Part shown: positions 1-14,499 of the stretch, in pieces
How positions within the stretch are numbered: position 1 is the stretch's first letter
How the letters are laid out: each line of letters opens with the position of its first letter
Source: Takakia lepidozioides
Lineage: Eukaryota > Plantae > Bryophyta
Assembly (NCBI GenBank): GCA_030704615.1
Contig: CM060733.1
Location: 61,008,001 to 61,072,000 of the forward strand
Length of the DNA stretch: 64,000 nucleotides
Direction of reading: 5' to 3'
Program-made: the position numbers and the translations under genes
The notes under the pieces: generated by a model
The model's input: only the letters and a program-made list of their open reading frames with translations
What the model was told of the DNA's origin: nothing
The model's database searches: none

Positions 1-3000
1 CCAATGCATCCAGTGAATAGGGATTGGATACTGTGCCTGCATGCCAGCTTTTGGAGAACAAAATCAACATCTCCATGGATAGCGACGCTGTGAAGTGTCA
101 GCATGAACCCCTAGAGCACAAGAGAAGACGGTATAACGAAGATAGTTTCAATGGATTTGCAGAGGGTCCCAGGAGAGGGAAAGAAGATTTCTACCTAGTC
201 AAGCCTTGCAATATATCAAGGGCATGTTCATCTCCTTGCAATAAGTACACAAGATGTCATCTGCTGGATATGAATGGGAAAATAGACAGAGAAGGTACAG
301 CATAATCAAGGCTTAAGGACACAAACCTTCGGAGTCAGGCACAACAGGAACACCAATTGCACGAGTGCTTTGACACATGGTTTCAATCTGTAGACGCAAA
401 TCAGATATTGAAAATTTGATCCCTGAGCTCTCACATCTTTCCATCCACAATTGCAGTGTCACTTAGAATACCAACTAGTCAGTGCTAAAGCCAAGTAACA
501 GGGTTGTATTGTTTAGGAGATGGATGTTAAAAATTAGTATCATCTTCCTCTTCTGTCTCCCCCTTTATATCGGAAGTGGTACCATGCTTCTAACAGATCT
601 TAATTAGGTCCCGCTATTGCAGTGCAATGGCAGTGGGCCCCTTCTGCTCTCTTCCCCTTTGTGCTCCGTCCAAGCTGTCTCTGTCACCACACTAAATCAA
701 GCATAGGGCTAATGGGTCCATCTCTTCCCTCCTTTTGGTATTTCAACTTGCAAGTAACAAAATTGAAATAAGGATCTCTGTGTCTCCATCTCTGTGTGTG
801 CAGAAGTGATTGGTGGGTTGATATTCCACAATTGGCTTCAGGAGGATTAGAACCTCATGAGGACTATGCCTGCAAGAAGCCTGCAAGGTTACCTGATAGG
901 CGATGCTCTTAATAAATTGATACTTCTCACAGTCTCTCCAAGACATCAGAAAGTACAATAAGCCTATTAGAATTTGGAAATGGAGTGGTTTAAAACTTTC
1001 CCATAGTAGCTGTCTTACCTGCTTCCAAACGTCATCATTGGGGGCATTCTTGTCAGCTAAGGTCACTCTGGCTGGTTTCTTTTGTCGATCCTCCCTCAAC
1101 TTCTGCCAATACTTCCCTATACAACAAGTTTGACACACATTTCAAATGAGCCTGTGGAATACCACCATGCATTCTGTTCAAGATGTATGAACATAATGTG
1201 CAACCAATACCTGTATGAAACCAAACCACTATGCTATAATCAACCGCGTCTTGCTCTCGCTAAAAGAGACAACACTCAACTTGCTCATGTACACCTATCT
1301 GGACCATCTTTAAGTCTAACAGATTATGTTTGTGTCGCAAGCATCCAACACACGGGTGTGAGATTTGGGTTTGGACTCAAACAGTCTACGTGGTGGACCA
1401 ATATCCTTTGAGATTCTCTGGACAGAGTTCAACTGGACTCCTCCCAACAAAACACTGGCAAGAGTCAACAACAATTCAACGACGTATTAACTGAAGTTTA
1501 TACTGGGCATTCAAAAGTCTGGGTACAGCCTCTAGTGTAAACTGCATTCTTTCCTTCTGCCCTTCCTTCTGGAAGCACCTAACAAACATGAAAGCATACC
1601 CTTGATAAGATCACCCATCAAACTGTGCATAGGGAGCTCATTGCCCAGGCCACCTGGTGCAGCACTAATTTGTTTGCAGAGTGCAGACTTAGCACACCCT
1701 GGTATTCCTGCAGGGCCCATCATGACAGCAAACATGTCAACATATGTGAGGTAACAGAAATGTAACGAAATGAAATGAAATGGTACTTTATAACGTCCGC
1801 GGAAAGCTCAAAGAGCTTATGGGATAAAATGGAAAAAACAGGAGAGAGGAAACAAAAGCAGAGCCAAAAAAAAGCCCTAAAGCAACTACTGCTCAAGGGA
1901 TTGTCTAAGGGTCAAGTCCTCGTGCAGGTAAGTTGCCAAGCATTTCTGATCCTCATAGGGGAACATCAAGAAAACATCAAGAAAACATCAAGAATGTCAT
2001 TTGGGGAAAGGAGAGAAACTCTTTTTCAGTAGGGAAGTGCAACATCAAGATGCTATGGAACGAATGTGGTACACGACACTACCGTACAATATCTGCTCAA
2101 GACGAGCACGTGGAAACATACCAGGGAAAAACACCAGCATTCCTTGAGCCTTCACAGCTTTGTCAGCATGAGAAGAGGGGGCACTTGCTGCATGTTCAGG
2201 TTCATCATTAGGCAAATAATCATCATCAGCATCATCAGTTTGCTCCCCTGCTGTTTGCACCAGATACTCTTCAACATTCACATGAGTGCCTGCTGCTCCC
2301 ACCAACTGCTGGTTCTTTGAACTCCGCTGGGCATATCGTTTCAAAAATGGTTCTGCCTCTGTTAAATAGGTACTGCTACTGAGCTTCTTCCCCTCCATTC
2401 TTTTCTTGATGTAGGAGCCCCTGCAATAATAAACTCACAAATTGAAACGACTCCTACATAGAGGTTGGGAGCAGGTGTAATATCAACCCATTGAAAGTCA
2501 TGGCAGAAAGAAAAAAGTTACTGATTACAAAGTAGGACACTCTTGTCAACTCAGAAACTAGATGTCTGCAATTTGGCTGTCTTTGGAGCCCAATCAGCTA
2601 TCTGAGGTCGCATTGAGGTTGAGGCTCAAGTATATTACTTCAACTTGTGTAGTGATAGTATATAATGTGCGACAATATCCTTACATGCATCCTCCAACCC
2701 ATCATATATAGTCTTTCAGATAAAGGTAGCAACACTGGGGGCATGTACACCATGGAGCTGGAGTTCTTTCACAGTAAATATTTGTTTTCATGATTGAACT
2801 TGTTGGCACAGAATACAGCTTAGAGGATACCAGAAGAGCAAAAGACTCCGAAAAGTACCATTCACTCAGAAGCTGATTGAGTTCCCGCTGTTTCTCTGGT
2901 GATGTGCCCCAAGCCTTCATTTGCCTACACATTCCCACTCACAGATTCAATAAAGAAGCATCAAAGTAGTTTCTTATGTAACATCTACAAGGTCAGGAGA

Positions 3001-6000
3001 GAAATGAAATGAAACGGAATGGTCCTTTATAAGAGGAAAGAAAGAAGAGGAGAGAAAGAAAGAAGAAAGAGAGCTGCTCTTCCAGAAATATCTTTGGCCC
3101 AGGGTATGGGGCTGGTTGTATGGAGCACAAAATTGTGTTCCCGGGTAGGTTTCATTGCAATTCTGAGTTTGTGTCTGTGTGTTGTTTAATTCCAACTTTC
3201 ATTCCTTATTGCAGAGGGTTTATAATATACTCACCTCATATAGTATTCCTTGTACTCAGCCTCCCCTTTGTCAAAAAGAGCTGCTAAACCATTTCGGATG
3301 AGGAAAGTACGAAGCTGCATTTCAGTACACACATGTATGTCAATCTACAATCAGAATTGCTAGCTGACAAGAAAGATACACAAAACATTAAAAAAACTGC
3401 AATTCTCTCTCCTAGGGTCCAGGTTTCACATTTGTGTGCACATACAATCCTGGTCGGGTCAGGGTAAAATAAGATCTGAATGGGCCGGGTTAGGGTATGT
3501 CCGGGTAGTCATATAATATACCCTCGGAGCCAGGGTAAATTAAGGGTCCAGGCCTATGTGATGCGGATAGAAACCGGGTAGGGTCCGGGTATCCTTAGCG
3601 GCATGGGTTCAGGGTAGGGTCCGGTTCGTAGGACGCAGTTAAATACCCAGCCAATAGGGCCGGGTCAGGGTATCATGCAATGGGCGGGCCAGGGTATATT
3701 TTATACCCGGCCCCTGAAACCCCGGCGGGTATACCCGGGTATACTTATATACCCGCCCGACAGTGGTATGAACATAGTATCTGGCTGAGACAGAGCTGCT
3801 GCTATCTTTTTTAACTACAGGCCATTGTTATTCTAGCTCACACCACACAGATCCTCCTCCATTCCGAAGGGCAGCGTGAGGGTTAAGGACCTCTTTGTGG
3901 GCTGTGTCTACATGCCTACAGAGGTACCCCTTAGTGTTGACGCAGATAAAGCCTTCTGGACTGTGCTAAGTTCCTCGCCAAAGGCCATGTGGTCTTGTTA
4001 GGTTACTTCAATGCCCGGGTGGGCAAGGGTCTACAACAAGACAACGTCATAGGGCTTTCTGGTGAGGATCAGCAGAATTCCTATGGCAAACGTCTTATCA
4101 ATTTGCTGGAAGAACTTCAGCTTCTGACCTTGAACAATAAGTCCATAGAAGACTCGTGAAAAAGCTCAAACTGGGGAATGGTCCATTGCGGATTATCTCG
4201 TGGTGCATAACGAGTTGTTCCCCCAGTGTGCCAAAGTGATGGTTGATAGAACCGATATTGGTACTTCTGACCACTTTCTTGTCTGGACAGAGATCAAAAG
4301 GTGTATTCGTAACACCGAGAGATCTGTGAGACGTTCAACTCAAAAGTGGCACATAGACAAATTCCAGAAGGAAGTGGTCAAGACAGAACATGTCCAGGTG
4401 CCCCTCTCACACTTTATCCAATCAGTCCGAGACCTCTCTTCCTGCTTAGGTGATGCAAGAAGCAGAGTCGAACAAGCTGTGGATCCTTGGGAGAGTTTCG
4501 TCACCTCTGCGGCTGATAAGATCTTTGGGAGGAAACTACTTGTCTGCTGTAGAGCAGTAAATTGGTGGACCAATGAGAACAAGCTCAAGATTGCTGAGAG
4601 ACAAGCACTTCATATGGACTGCCGTAATATAAAAAATGACAAAGAGCCGTGGTCTAGATCTTACCAATGCGCAAAGAAGTTAACCAGCTTGTAAGGGTTC
4701 AGAAGAAAGTACATTGGGAAGATTTTTACCGAGAAATTAACTTGAACCACCATGGTGGTGATGATAACAGATTCTGGTTGGCCTTATAGCGTTTGTACAG
4801 GCTTTAAGGAATAATAAGGGTATAGTGATGACTTCAACGTTTGAGATCGTCAAAACCTTTGAAACATACTACAGCCTTCTTGGCTGTGAACCTACGAATA
4901 GTGAGGGACAGTAGAGAAAACTGTTCCTATATTCCAAGACAGCCCTGATGAACTGCAGTATATCTCAAAGGGATACAGCACTCTTCTGAGGTAGGAAGCG
5001 GTAAAGCATCTAAGCGGCTCTAAAGCGGTAGACCTGATGGCATTGTCAACGAGCTAATCAAGTATGGTGGGGACCCTATGGTAGAGGTCCTTGCCCTTCT
5101 TATTTGGCAGACTGAAGTGATTCCCTTTCATTGGAGACAGGGATCAATCTGCATAAGAAAGGCAACAGAGAAGAGCCTGGGAACTATTGCAGCATCACGC
5201 TTCTTAGCGCAGTTGGCAAGCTATTTTACAGGTTTATAAGCACCCGTCTCGAGGTTGATCTGAAGTCTAGAGGCCGTTTTCATGAAGGCCAGGCTGACTT
5301 TCGGAGACGTAGGGGGTGCACCGACCATATCTTCACTCTAAGCCAGATTATTCAGGGAAGGGAAAGAGAAGGAAAGCTCACTTTTGTCTTCTTCCTGGAT
5401 GTCAAAAAAGGCTTATGGCGTGACAGGCTGTGGCTCCGGCTTTGGTCTTCTGGGTCAGGGAAAGATGTTCACAACCTGTATGCAAACACCAAAAGCTGTG
5501 TGATGGGATCTCAAATGGAAATGGGGTGATGAAGAGATCCCTGTACTCCCTTCCTACAATTATCTTGGAGTTGAGTTTTCCTCCACCTGTAACTGGATGT
5601 GCATGAACAAAAAGTGAGCTAAACGCAAAGCTTTGGGTCTCACTAGAATTTTCCACTGCACAGGGATCAATACTGAAGTTAAAAGGACTATGCTTTGCAA
5701 GTTATTAGGCCTGCCTTGGAGTACACATCTGCTGTGTGGGCCGACATTCCAACCATGCCTAGTTCTGGAATCCATTCAGGTCGCGGTGCTCAAAGAAAGA
5801 ACGTCGGTGTGTTCTAGAACAGCTAATGTGGCTGTTTGGGGCGAGTTTGGCAAACCTCTCTTAAGCTCTTGACGTGATGAATTCAAGGTCAGATGGTGGG
5901 GTCAGTTGAATTGCATATCTAATACCAGATATAGTAAGACGATCAACGCTATTTCTTGGAAGCAAGACTGTCCTGTTAAGTCTTGGCAGAAAAGCGTTGA

Positions 6001-9000
6001 AGAGATTTTCAAGTATCTGAATACTGGTCCAGAAGAACTGACCCTACTGGATGAACCTGACCTGGGAGGGGTTGTGTCCAAAGCCATGTCAGATGCCCAA
6101 AGACTGCCAATGAGAATGAATATAGGCATAAAACTTCCCTGAACTTGTTTGCTTCTGTGACATGGGCAAGGACCTTAAGGATGATCTGAAGGGCCTACCT
6201 ACCCTTGGCACTAGACTGAAATTTAAACTCAGGGCGGGGAGCCAACCTTTGAACAATAAACAGATGCAGAGAGGAAAACGATATTGTAATTGCCCAATAT
6301 GTGGGCAACCTGAAAATATCTATTTTCTGCTACATTGTCAGGGTATTCTCACCAGAGAGTCACCCTCTTCAGCAACATCAAGAACATGGTTCCTGCACCT
6401 CTGTTCACCAACTTTTCAAAATCTCGAGGCTGAGCCTAAAGTCCTGCCCTGTTGGGGTCTAACGTTTGGGCTCCTCACACACAGCAGATTGATGTTTGTG
6501 TGAAGGGCTTTCTTGAGGATATCTGGAAAGCCCGAACTACTTGTTTATATCAAGATAAATACTACTGGAGTGAGCCCCTCACAAAAGTAGAGTCTAATCC
6601 CTATATTTCCGTCCGAACTGGGCGTGGGGTCTATGGCCACAGGGCTATGGCAAACATAGTCTTATGAGTACATTTCTATAGTTGGGGATCAACCCCTACT
6701 TTTATGTTTCCCTCTCCATCCCCTCCCCTACCTGCATGATGCTAGGTCATGCATTTTAGAATCAATGGAAATGAGTTGCACCTTGTAAGGCAGAAACTTC
6801 AGCTTAAGCATCAAGTTTTCATTTTCATCGGCCAGCACATCCTGCTCAACTTCCCCTTGACTTGCGTGTGCAGAAGGGCTTGTTGTTTTTCCCACCGAAG
6901 GGCCCACACTTGCTGCAAAGACATGTACATCCACAAAGAAACCTGCAAGAATGCCGGAATACCTTCTATTTATTTTACAAAGATTTTAGAGTTCATCATC
7001 CACCTGTTTCCGACTAGCATTCGACCTCTATTTCAAACTCTAAAAGCAACCATATCTTCTTTCCAGCTACATAACCAATACAGTCCACATTGTGGTCCGC
7101 ATCCAAAGACAATCCGTATGCTACTGGCTGTTAGGTTGTAGGCAGGCTTACCTCTGTAAAGAGGCCACAGACCAGGCTTTTTCCTGCAACAAATACACAG
7201 AAAATCTCTAAATTGAAGCATGCCAACCGTTTGAGAATCTGCAAGAACATTGATTGTTTCCATTTTTAGGGCTACAAAAACACATATAAATGAGAAGATA
7301 ACTAACAAAGACTTGAGTTGCCGTACAGCTGGTGTAAATTATCTGTAATGCAGCACAAACCATCCCAGACAATAGAGAGGAGCAGAGCACATAAAGCATA
7401 TAGTACATGCTCAGACTGATGGCAGAAGGTGTATGGCCATACATTATGTTATGGGATTGAATCTGTAGAAATCCATGTAACAATCAACATCCAAGGTAAT
7501 AAGGGACAAGTAGAGTAGGGAAAGCATATAGTACGTGCTCAGACTGATGGGAAAAGGTTTACAGATTCTGTCAAAATCCCATTTGTATTATACTTGAATC
7601 AGTAGGAATCAATATTTTCAATAACAATCCCCTTGTATCTATTGTTTAAGAGATAGGTGCGCTCTTAAGGGGCAAGAAACCTAGATAGTGCCCAAATTGA
7701 AGATGTTGCCTCTAGACGTTACCTCATTTCCTTCTGGTATCGTCGAAATGCTGAATCTGCCAGAACATGTATCGTCATCTTGAAGCTGTGTAGTTTACCA
7801 TTTTGTCCACGAGAGTTTGCACGGCACTTGAAGCGCACAGGCAACTTGGATTGATGAATTACACGAACCAATTCCTGAATGTGTACAAGAAAGGGAACAT
7901 AAAACTGCAGAAGATGAAATTACCTCTGCGGGAGAGAGAAATGAAATGAAATGGTACTGCGAGAGAGAGAGAGAGAGAGAGAACTAATTGACTGTTCCCT
8001 GCATGCATTGCCAAAAAATGGTTGCCTAAAAGTCTCCGCAAATGGGATGGAGAGCATTGAGTGAGAGAGGATGTCCAAGCTTCTGACTGTGATAGCCTTT
8101 GTCGACTGAGGGATGACACTGGAAACCCAACAACAAAGCATGAAATTTCAACACATTTGCAATGCCTCTCAGGTAAAAGCTGGTGATTATCATTGTCTGG
8201 GAATAATGGCAGGGGAATTGCCTGAAACAGAGCAGCATGGTACTTCAACATACATACCCCTTAGACTGGGGCAAGATACAATGAGAGACAGAGACAGGGG
8301 TCAAGGACTAACTTGCACTTTTGTGGTGGCATCATTTGCAGGAGTTGAATGCAAGAGACTCTCCAGCATAGGAGGGCTTTTAGATTTATTGGATGACTCA
8401 ACTTGAGCAACCTTATCATTATCCCAGTCTGACCAATCAGAGCACATTGCTGGACCCACAGCCTGAAGGAGCGCCTGAACTTGCTGCAAGAGCGGGATAT
8501 CCACTTTCAAGACTATGATGTGTATAACATATGATGCTGGTGTGCAGTCCACTAAACTGATCCACAAAAATTGCTGTTAGCAACAGGTAGATTGTAAAAT
8601 AATAGCAGAAACTCAAAAAATGCCTCAATGCAGGCAGTCATTTCTGTGTCCAGAGCCACAGTTGGACATGGAAAAGTACTATAAGACAGTGAGGAATCCA
8701 AACATCTTTCCATAAGAGATGACAAGAAAAAATCTGTGTACCTTCTTCTCACTGTCCCGGTTGGCTGCACAGACTTCACGAAGTCCAGGTCCCCAATGCA
8801 AAGGAGCTGCATGGATAGAGAGATATAGATACTTAGGGATTTTCACTAGAGTATGCACTAGGGCTGTGAACCATCCAAGGGGGAAGGAGGATGTCAATAT
8901 TACAACCCACTAGCTAACATTCTTCGTCCGATAGAATGTACTCATAAGACGTTGTTTGCCGTAGCCTTGTGGCCATTGACCCCGCGCCCAGGAACACAAA

Positions 9001-12000
9001 GGGACAGAATCTACCTTTGTCAGGAACTGACGTCTACGAGAGACAACATATGAACAGCAAGATATTCCCCTATGAGGGATGATGAGAAAGAAGAAGGAAT
9101 TTATGATGTTCCCACAAAAGGCGTAGAGGCAACCAGGCACAACCAAGGAAAAAGATCAAAACCATGCAACCTCACTGTGCAAAGAAACAATCTAAAAGAT
9201 GTCAGTCCTACAAGGGAATGGAGAGTACCTTGGGGATATTTGGGAGGCGGGAACTGCACCAGGGAATTTTGCAAACGCACAACACTACGAGGAGTCACAA
9301 CACGCACCACAAGCCCTTCGAGAATCTCTCCTTGCACATCTTCATGCTTTTTGGTTGCTGCAATTCCACCATTGACCCAATTTCTTCAGAAAGCTGTGTG
9401 ATTTCAAGATCCAAGAACTTCTTGACTCCTTTCTCCTGAATTAAGTTGTCTCTGTCCATATTTCCTTACAGCTAAGTTTCTTAGTTTGAAATTGATTCAA
9501 ATTCTTACTCAAAAGTTACTCTCTCCTAATAGTAATAAAATCAGATTGCATCAAAAACACAATCCACAGTTGGTTCATCCAATCCACTTTCAATATTTCT
9601 CATGGTAGACGGCAAATTCAGCACCAGACTCACCAGAATAAAAGGCCAATGAAGACAGAAATCACCTGGCAAAGACATATCAGCTATCTCATTCAAGCTC
9701 TCAGTCACACTACTTGCAAGCCCCTCTTCACAGAGCGCATCATACGCTGCAAAAAAAGTGGATACGGAAGTTCTTGCAAAAAACCCAGCCCCAACCAAGC
9801 AATGTCAGTGAAAAAGCTCCGTCAACGTAGACACAGCACCTCAGCCAGATAAAGATGGGTGGACAAATAGACACTAGCTCGTTACTTCAATTCTCCAAGT
9901 CCAACTGTTGCCAAAGCATGTACATAACAGAACCTAGTCTTAAAAGTTCCAACAAGAAAGCATATTAACATTTTGACTTGGTCAGCCGCCACATACTCTC
10001 ATGTTCGAAATAGTTACCATCATGGCTGGTGAGAATTGTTAGAGTTTACAGATAATTCAACGCCGTGCCCAGGCTGTCTCGACAAACTCAATATAATGGA
10101 GGACCCACTTTTGAGTTCTCAAGCAATTCCATCAGACAAAAGGAATGTTACCTATATTCCAACTGGACTCTCGAGTGTTGCTAGAAAGGCAAAGAGGGTC
10201 CACCTGGTGGAAAATAACCAATAGTGGTTGGTGGGCAATCGCCATTGGTGACAAAAGGCTACTACATCAGGTGTGGAGTAGAATTGTGGCCGTCCATCCA
10301 GGTCTGCCACTGCTGTTACCACCGCTGCTCAATCCACAATGCCGCCACATCCAACTACATATGAGTCAACTGCCATAGGATCTGAATTTGTCCATGGTCA
10401 GCATTACGCATGGGGGTTTCTAGAGTCAATATGTTACTTTGTTGATGTTGAGACTTAACCAAACCACTGTCCAGACATCCATGTCCATTGTATGTTGGAG
10501 GTAATGCCACAAAACATCCAATATTCAAAAAGACATGCGTCTGGTGTAAGAGAAAGGAGTAGCAAACAGAAGAGGAGGCAGATAGAAACATGACACGGAC
10601 CATAATCCTGCAGAGGGCGTTGTCCATGATCTCCCAGTACAGCCGTTACTAGCTCCATGCCTATGCATATGTGGTGTTCCTGAAATTCAATGTTGCTTCA
10701 TCTGTGAGTTTGACACTGAAAACAGAAGATTGTGAACAGCCTCTCCAGCAATGAAGTGGCTTTCGGTGCTTTAAAAATAGAGTCACGGCAGGGATGAAAG
10801 GCCAAAGGGGAGAAGTTAAAGACAGTTCAGCACTTTTTTTGAGTTTGCTACACATTGCATGCTAGTTACAATTTTGGAGGTGTCAAAATAGTAAGAAAAT
10901 GGATTTGTACACGAGCTTAAAACTGACACCTGACAAAATTTACCGTAAAGAGGGGACAACGTACTCTCTAGAAGATATAGTGTGTTTAACGTCCGGCGAA
11001 TTTACAGACAGTCCAAAATACAAGTGAAGTATGAAACTTACCTTCAGGTAAACATTAAGCTCTCGTTGCTTCTCAGCTGCCTGCATTCCCCATGCTTCCT
11101 GCAGCATCTGCCCCAACACAAATACACCTACCGCTGTGTACCTGTGGCAAGTCCATACACCATTGACCTTTCACATCATCTTCACTTTCTTCAAGCCAGG
11201 CTCCCAAAGCAAGGCTAAAGTGGGCATAGACCATGTAGGTAAGAGTGCAGAGTGACTTTCTTCAAAAGACATTCCAGGTGTGAGCCTCTCTCATTATTTA
11301 CTTATTGCCCATTGACCGTCTTCCCAGAGTCAGTAGACTTTCAACCCAGGCTCAAAGCAAGGCTGAAGTGATCTAGGTTATACATTATACAAGACTAGTT
11401 GTAGAAAAGCGGCTTTCTTTAAATGGCAGGGCTAAAAAGGCACAGCCTTCTGTGCAGCACATACTAGGTTAACAGTATGTAACTTTCTTCTGAGAGCTTT
11501 CCCTGCTCTAAACATAAGAACCCGAAAAGTAGTTAGGAGGCAATTAACTGGTTTTGGTGGCTGCCCATAACTTGGCATCCCTCGAAGCCTTGATTCCATG
11601 CTATAAGTGGAATCTTATTTGAATGCAAGGATGCATTCAAGATTTTTCTAGATTTTAAACTCTTACAATAAGTAGACCTCCATGCATACTGGATTGTGAT
11701 CCAGTGTTAGGCAACGGTGGATGTTAGGACAGCTTACAGGTTCCCGTAGCTGTTCTTGGCAAAAGCTCCACCCTCATCACCTGAATACAGGAACAGTGAA
11801 CCTGAATGTTTCAAAGTGACCTGCACGGAAGGTTTAAATTAGGAAAAGTGGCATGATATACCAATGGTGATATCACTTTCAAGAGAATCAAAGTTCCAAA
11901 ACTTTCTGTATGCTGTTACTTTAGCTGGTAAGTTGCAGAGTGTTAAGGACCATAATTTTTCCATGATATCACCACAAAACATATTCCAGCCAGCATAGAA

Positions 12001-13733
12001 CATTGCATATGTAGAAATGAACTGGCCTATGTACTCTCAAAGACAATCAACTGAAAATCCCATGAACTCATCAGAGGGATAGGCAGTGGTACATCTGACA
12101 CAATGTCTGACACAATCCAGGAGGCTAACATGTACAGAAACCATGCTGGAAGTGGAAAGGATCCATCATTTGTTCCCTTACCTCCAAAACTCCCTGTCCA
12201 GCAGAGACCACTTCAATTATCCTCGACCGTACCTGCGTGGGAGTATTGCACAGAAACACAATAAGGAAAACACATCAAATCATTTGGTCCAGCTTTGATT
12301 GCATCCTCACCCTGGAAGGAATACAATGTATTACAACGGGGTGTTTCTCCAAGATGTTAATATCTGTTTCTAGATTCCACACTGATGCAAAACAAAATAC
12401 CAATCCTTCAGGCATTCAACATTAGTTGCAAAGTTTGGAATCTGACTTTGGAATTGGAAGGAGGAATCTTCACCTCTTGATCTGACTTCTCATTTTCAAA
12501 TTTTGGATAGAAAGTCGCCCTCGGTTGCGCTTGAGCCACAGTCTCACCCTTCACTTTCGTAGGCATGGCAGTGTCCAATTTCTTCAAACTAGCAGGCTTC
12601 TCCTGAACTGCCACTGACGTTCCACTGGTGATCTCACTGTTCGCAGGCCTGACCTCAGAATATCCTGGCTGCTTTACCACCCATGAAGCACTGGATCCTG
12701 CCAAAGTTCTTCCGGTCATATCACCAGCATTTTTAGCTTTGTGAGAGGTGCTGGTGACTCCAGAAGTCCCTGAGACTTCTCCCAGATGACAAGCCTGTAA
12801 TCCCTCTGAGAGGCCTGACTGTGCTGGACGGTCATCCTGCAAATCTGCAGATTTTCTCGTGCTCTTCAAACCATTTGAAGCACTATTGGTCTTGGGGACC
12901 ACATCTTCACCAGAGACTTGTGTCTGCCCTCCAGCCTTAGGCTTTGCTTTCCAGTGCTTCTTGCCACCTGACTTACCCTGTGAAAATAATCAATTAGTGA
13001 ACACACAGTTCCACAATCCACTCAAAGGAACGTCTACAAGAGTGAAAGTCATTACACAAGACAAGTCAACTCTTGAAGTTTCTGAATTAATATCTGCCTA
13101 CAAAGATACCAGATGTTACCATCAAACATTTTATAGCAAGTGCTCAAACAACTAAGCTAGTGCTCTGACCGCAAAGCCCTCTATGAATTTGCCCTGTGTT
13201 CTGTGTCTAGACTAAGCACCGGATTCCCTTTAAGTACTCCTCGAGGTCTCGCTCTTAAAATATCCAGACTAGCTATTCCTGACATTGTTTCTTGCTGCTC
13301 ACTCTTTGCTTTATATGTCTTGCAGAAAGTCAATTGACTACATCTTACTCTGTAATTTCCACAGCTTCTGAATTTGCATCGTGAGTCCTTACATCCCTAG
13401 GGACCATAACTAATTTATTTCTCCACTGGATACGCTGCTGAACAGAAAATCTTCTGTACTTATGCAGAAGTCCATGGGAAGTCAAAGAAGACTAACTGCC
13501 ATTTTCCACTCCTTTAAACCCATAGAATTTGACAATTCGGGTGCTCTATGTGACTGTCTGCATGCATCGTTCCGAGAGCATGCAGGTCTATATTCATCAA
13601 GCCATTTTGGGAGTGTGAGTGCATTGGTCCCTGGTATGATATCTTCGAACAAGGCAAGAAGCCAAAAACAATAAGAAGATAAAATGCACGAACAAGATAG
13701 GACCAGGCGGATGGAAGACTATACCTGCGTCAT
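1..13733 (-). CDS. RNL: Plant tRNA ligase (RNA ligase + polynucleotide kinase; CPD domain expected beyond the left edge), multi-exon, 3' end outside window
   Basis: Hand-spliced GT-AG exons in consistent phase: 13733-13725, 12977-12474, 12232-12182, 11820-11738, 11141-11042, 10679-10601, 10324-10204, 9772-9666, 9357-9229, 8806-8742, 8483-8313, 7874-7723, 7183-7152, 6942-6782, 3314-3235, 2924-2859, 2420-2122, 1707-1600, 1116-1019, 387-327, 36-<1. The translation carries hallmark AtRNL-type segments: RATFYPKFENEKSDQE, nucleotidyltransferase motif I LKHSGSLF, MELVTAVLGDHGQRP, QGEILEGLV, LRTFLIRNGL, kinase P-loop FPGIPGCAKS and LADKNAPN. Further in-frame ATGs lie upstream at 13865 and 14012. Confidence 0.96.
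3450..3765. mobile_element. DNA-transposon end remnant with CCGGG/ACCCG subterminal repeats, in RNL intron 14
   Basis: Dense cluster of (C)CGGGT/CAGGGT/ACCCG motifs in both orientations, ending ...CCCGCCCGACAGTG (reverse complement CACTGTCGGG, a CACTA/CACTG-like terminus). No clear partner end. Confidence 0.45.
3850..6672 (+). mobile_element. Decayed non-LTR retrotransposon (APE endonuclease + RT + C-terminal CCHC; RTE/RTEX-like) in RNL intron 14, antisense to host
   Basis: Frameshifted ORF pieces: LFVGCVYMP, VVLLGYFNARVG, DYLVV, TSDHFLVW (APE); KKGNREEPGNYCSITLLS, QADFRRRRGCTDHIF, FLDVKK (RT); KLRAGSQPL...CPICGQPE..FLLHC (zinc knuckle). The 3' end TCTTATGAGTACA is shared with two other copies. 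The 5' boundary is approximate. Confidence 0.9.
8937..9031 (-). mobile_element. ~95-bp 3'-end fragment of the same LINE family in RNL intron 9
   Basis: Reverse complement reads ...CTGGGCGCGGGGTCAATGGCCACAAGGCTACGGCAAACAACGTCTTATGAGTACA, identical to the end of the 16794-17034 copy. Confidence 0.9.
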
Positions 13734-14260
13734 GAGTCGAGACAATAGAGAGGACGGGAGAGAAGGACCTCTACCGACAGGAAAAAGGACCCGAGAGGCG
13801 GAAGGCAGTACGCAGCACTGTGAATAAGCAACTAAAATTCCTTGAACACTAGCCAACCCTCTCATTCGCACTGGGGATATCCCAAAGTTGACACTGCCTT
13901 GTGTGCTTTTCCAAGACCTCACGAAGGCTGGTCGTCCTGTGGTTATGCACCTACCAAACCTGCCGGCTACACAATGAATTCTAAAATCACTACAGCAACT
14001 AGTATTCTGCATGAAACCTGCGTGCAGCGTTTGACAGGAATCTATTGCCGTGCTCTACTTCCCTCCACTTTCTCTCTCTTTCTGTTCTTGATGCGGCGCA
14101 AGCCTCTAGCTCAAACTTGCCAATCCAGGGCAAGTATTCTACAATTAACTCGCAGTCTCTCACTATCGTGGCGATGAGCTCACAATCGGGATCAAGCAAT
14201 GTCAATTGAATCCGCCAAACCTAAATCTCTCGAGAATCTGTTCACAATCTGCAATTCTTC

Positions 14261-14499
14261 CCCAAACTGTCGTTGCCATTCGTGTTCTTTCTCTTCTCTT
14301 CACACGCTCCCCTGTTTTCGTCCAGAAGCTTCGTCAGACAAAACTGTCGTTGCCGTTTTCGTTCTCTCGTCTCTTCAGATAGTTGCACGCCCCCTGTTTT
14401 CGTCCAGAAGTTTCGTCAGACCAAACTGTCGTTGTCATTCTCGTTTTCTCGATAGATAGTTGCAGGCTCTCCTGATTTCGTCCAGAGGTTTCGTCAACC
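14261..14499. repeat. Three diverged ~80-bp tandem repeats between the divergent RNL and F-box genes
   Basis: Units begin (CC)AAACTGTCGTTG at about 14262, 14340 and 14421 and end CCTG(T/A)TTTCGTCCAGA(A/G)G(C/T)TTCGTCA. Confidence 0.85.

Noticed and set aside
7390-7625. Tandem intronic C/D snoRNAs (duplicated segment with CTGA on the RNL sense strand)
   Set aside because: No convincing C box, terminal stem or recognisable rRNA guide. A local duplication explains it, like the one at ~11160-11370.
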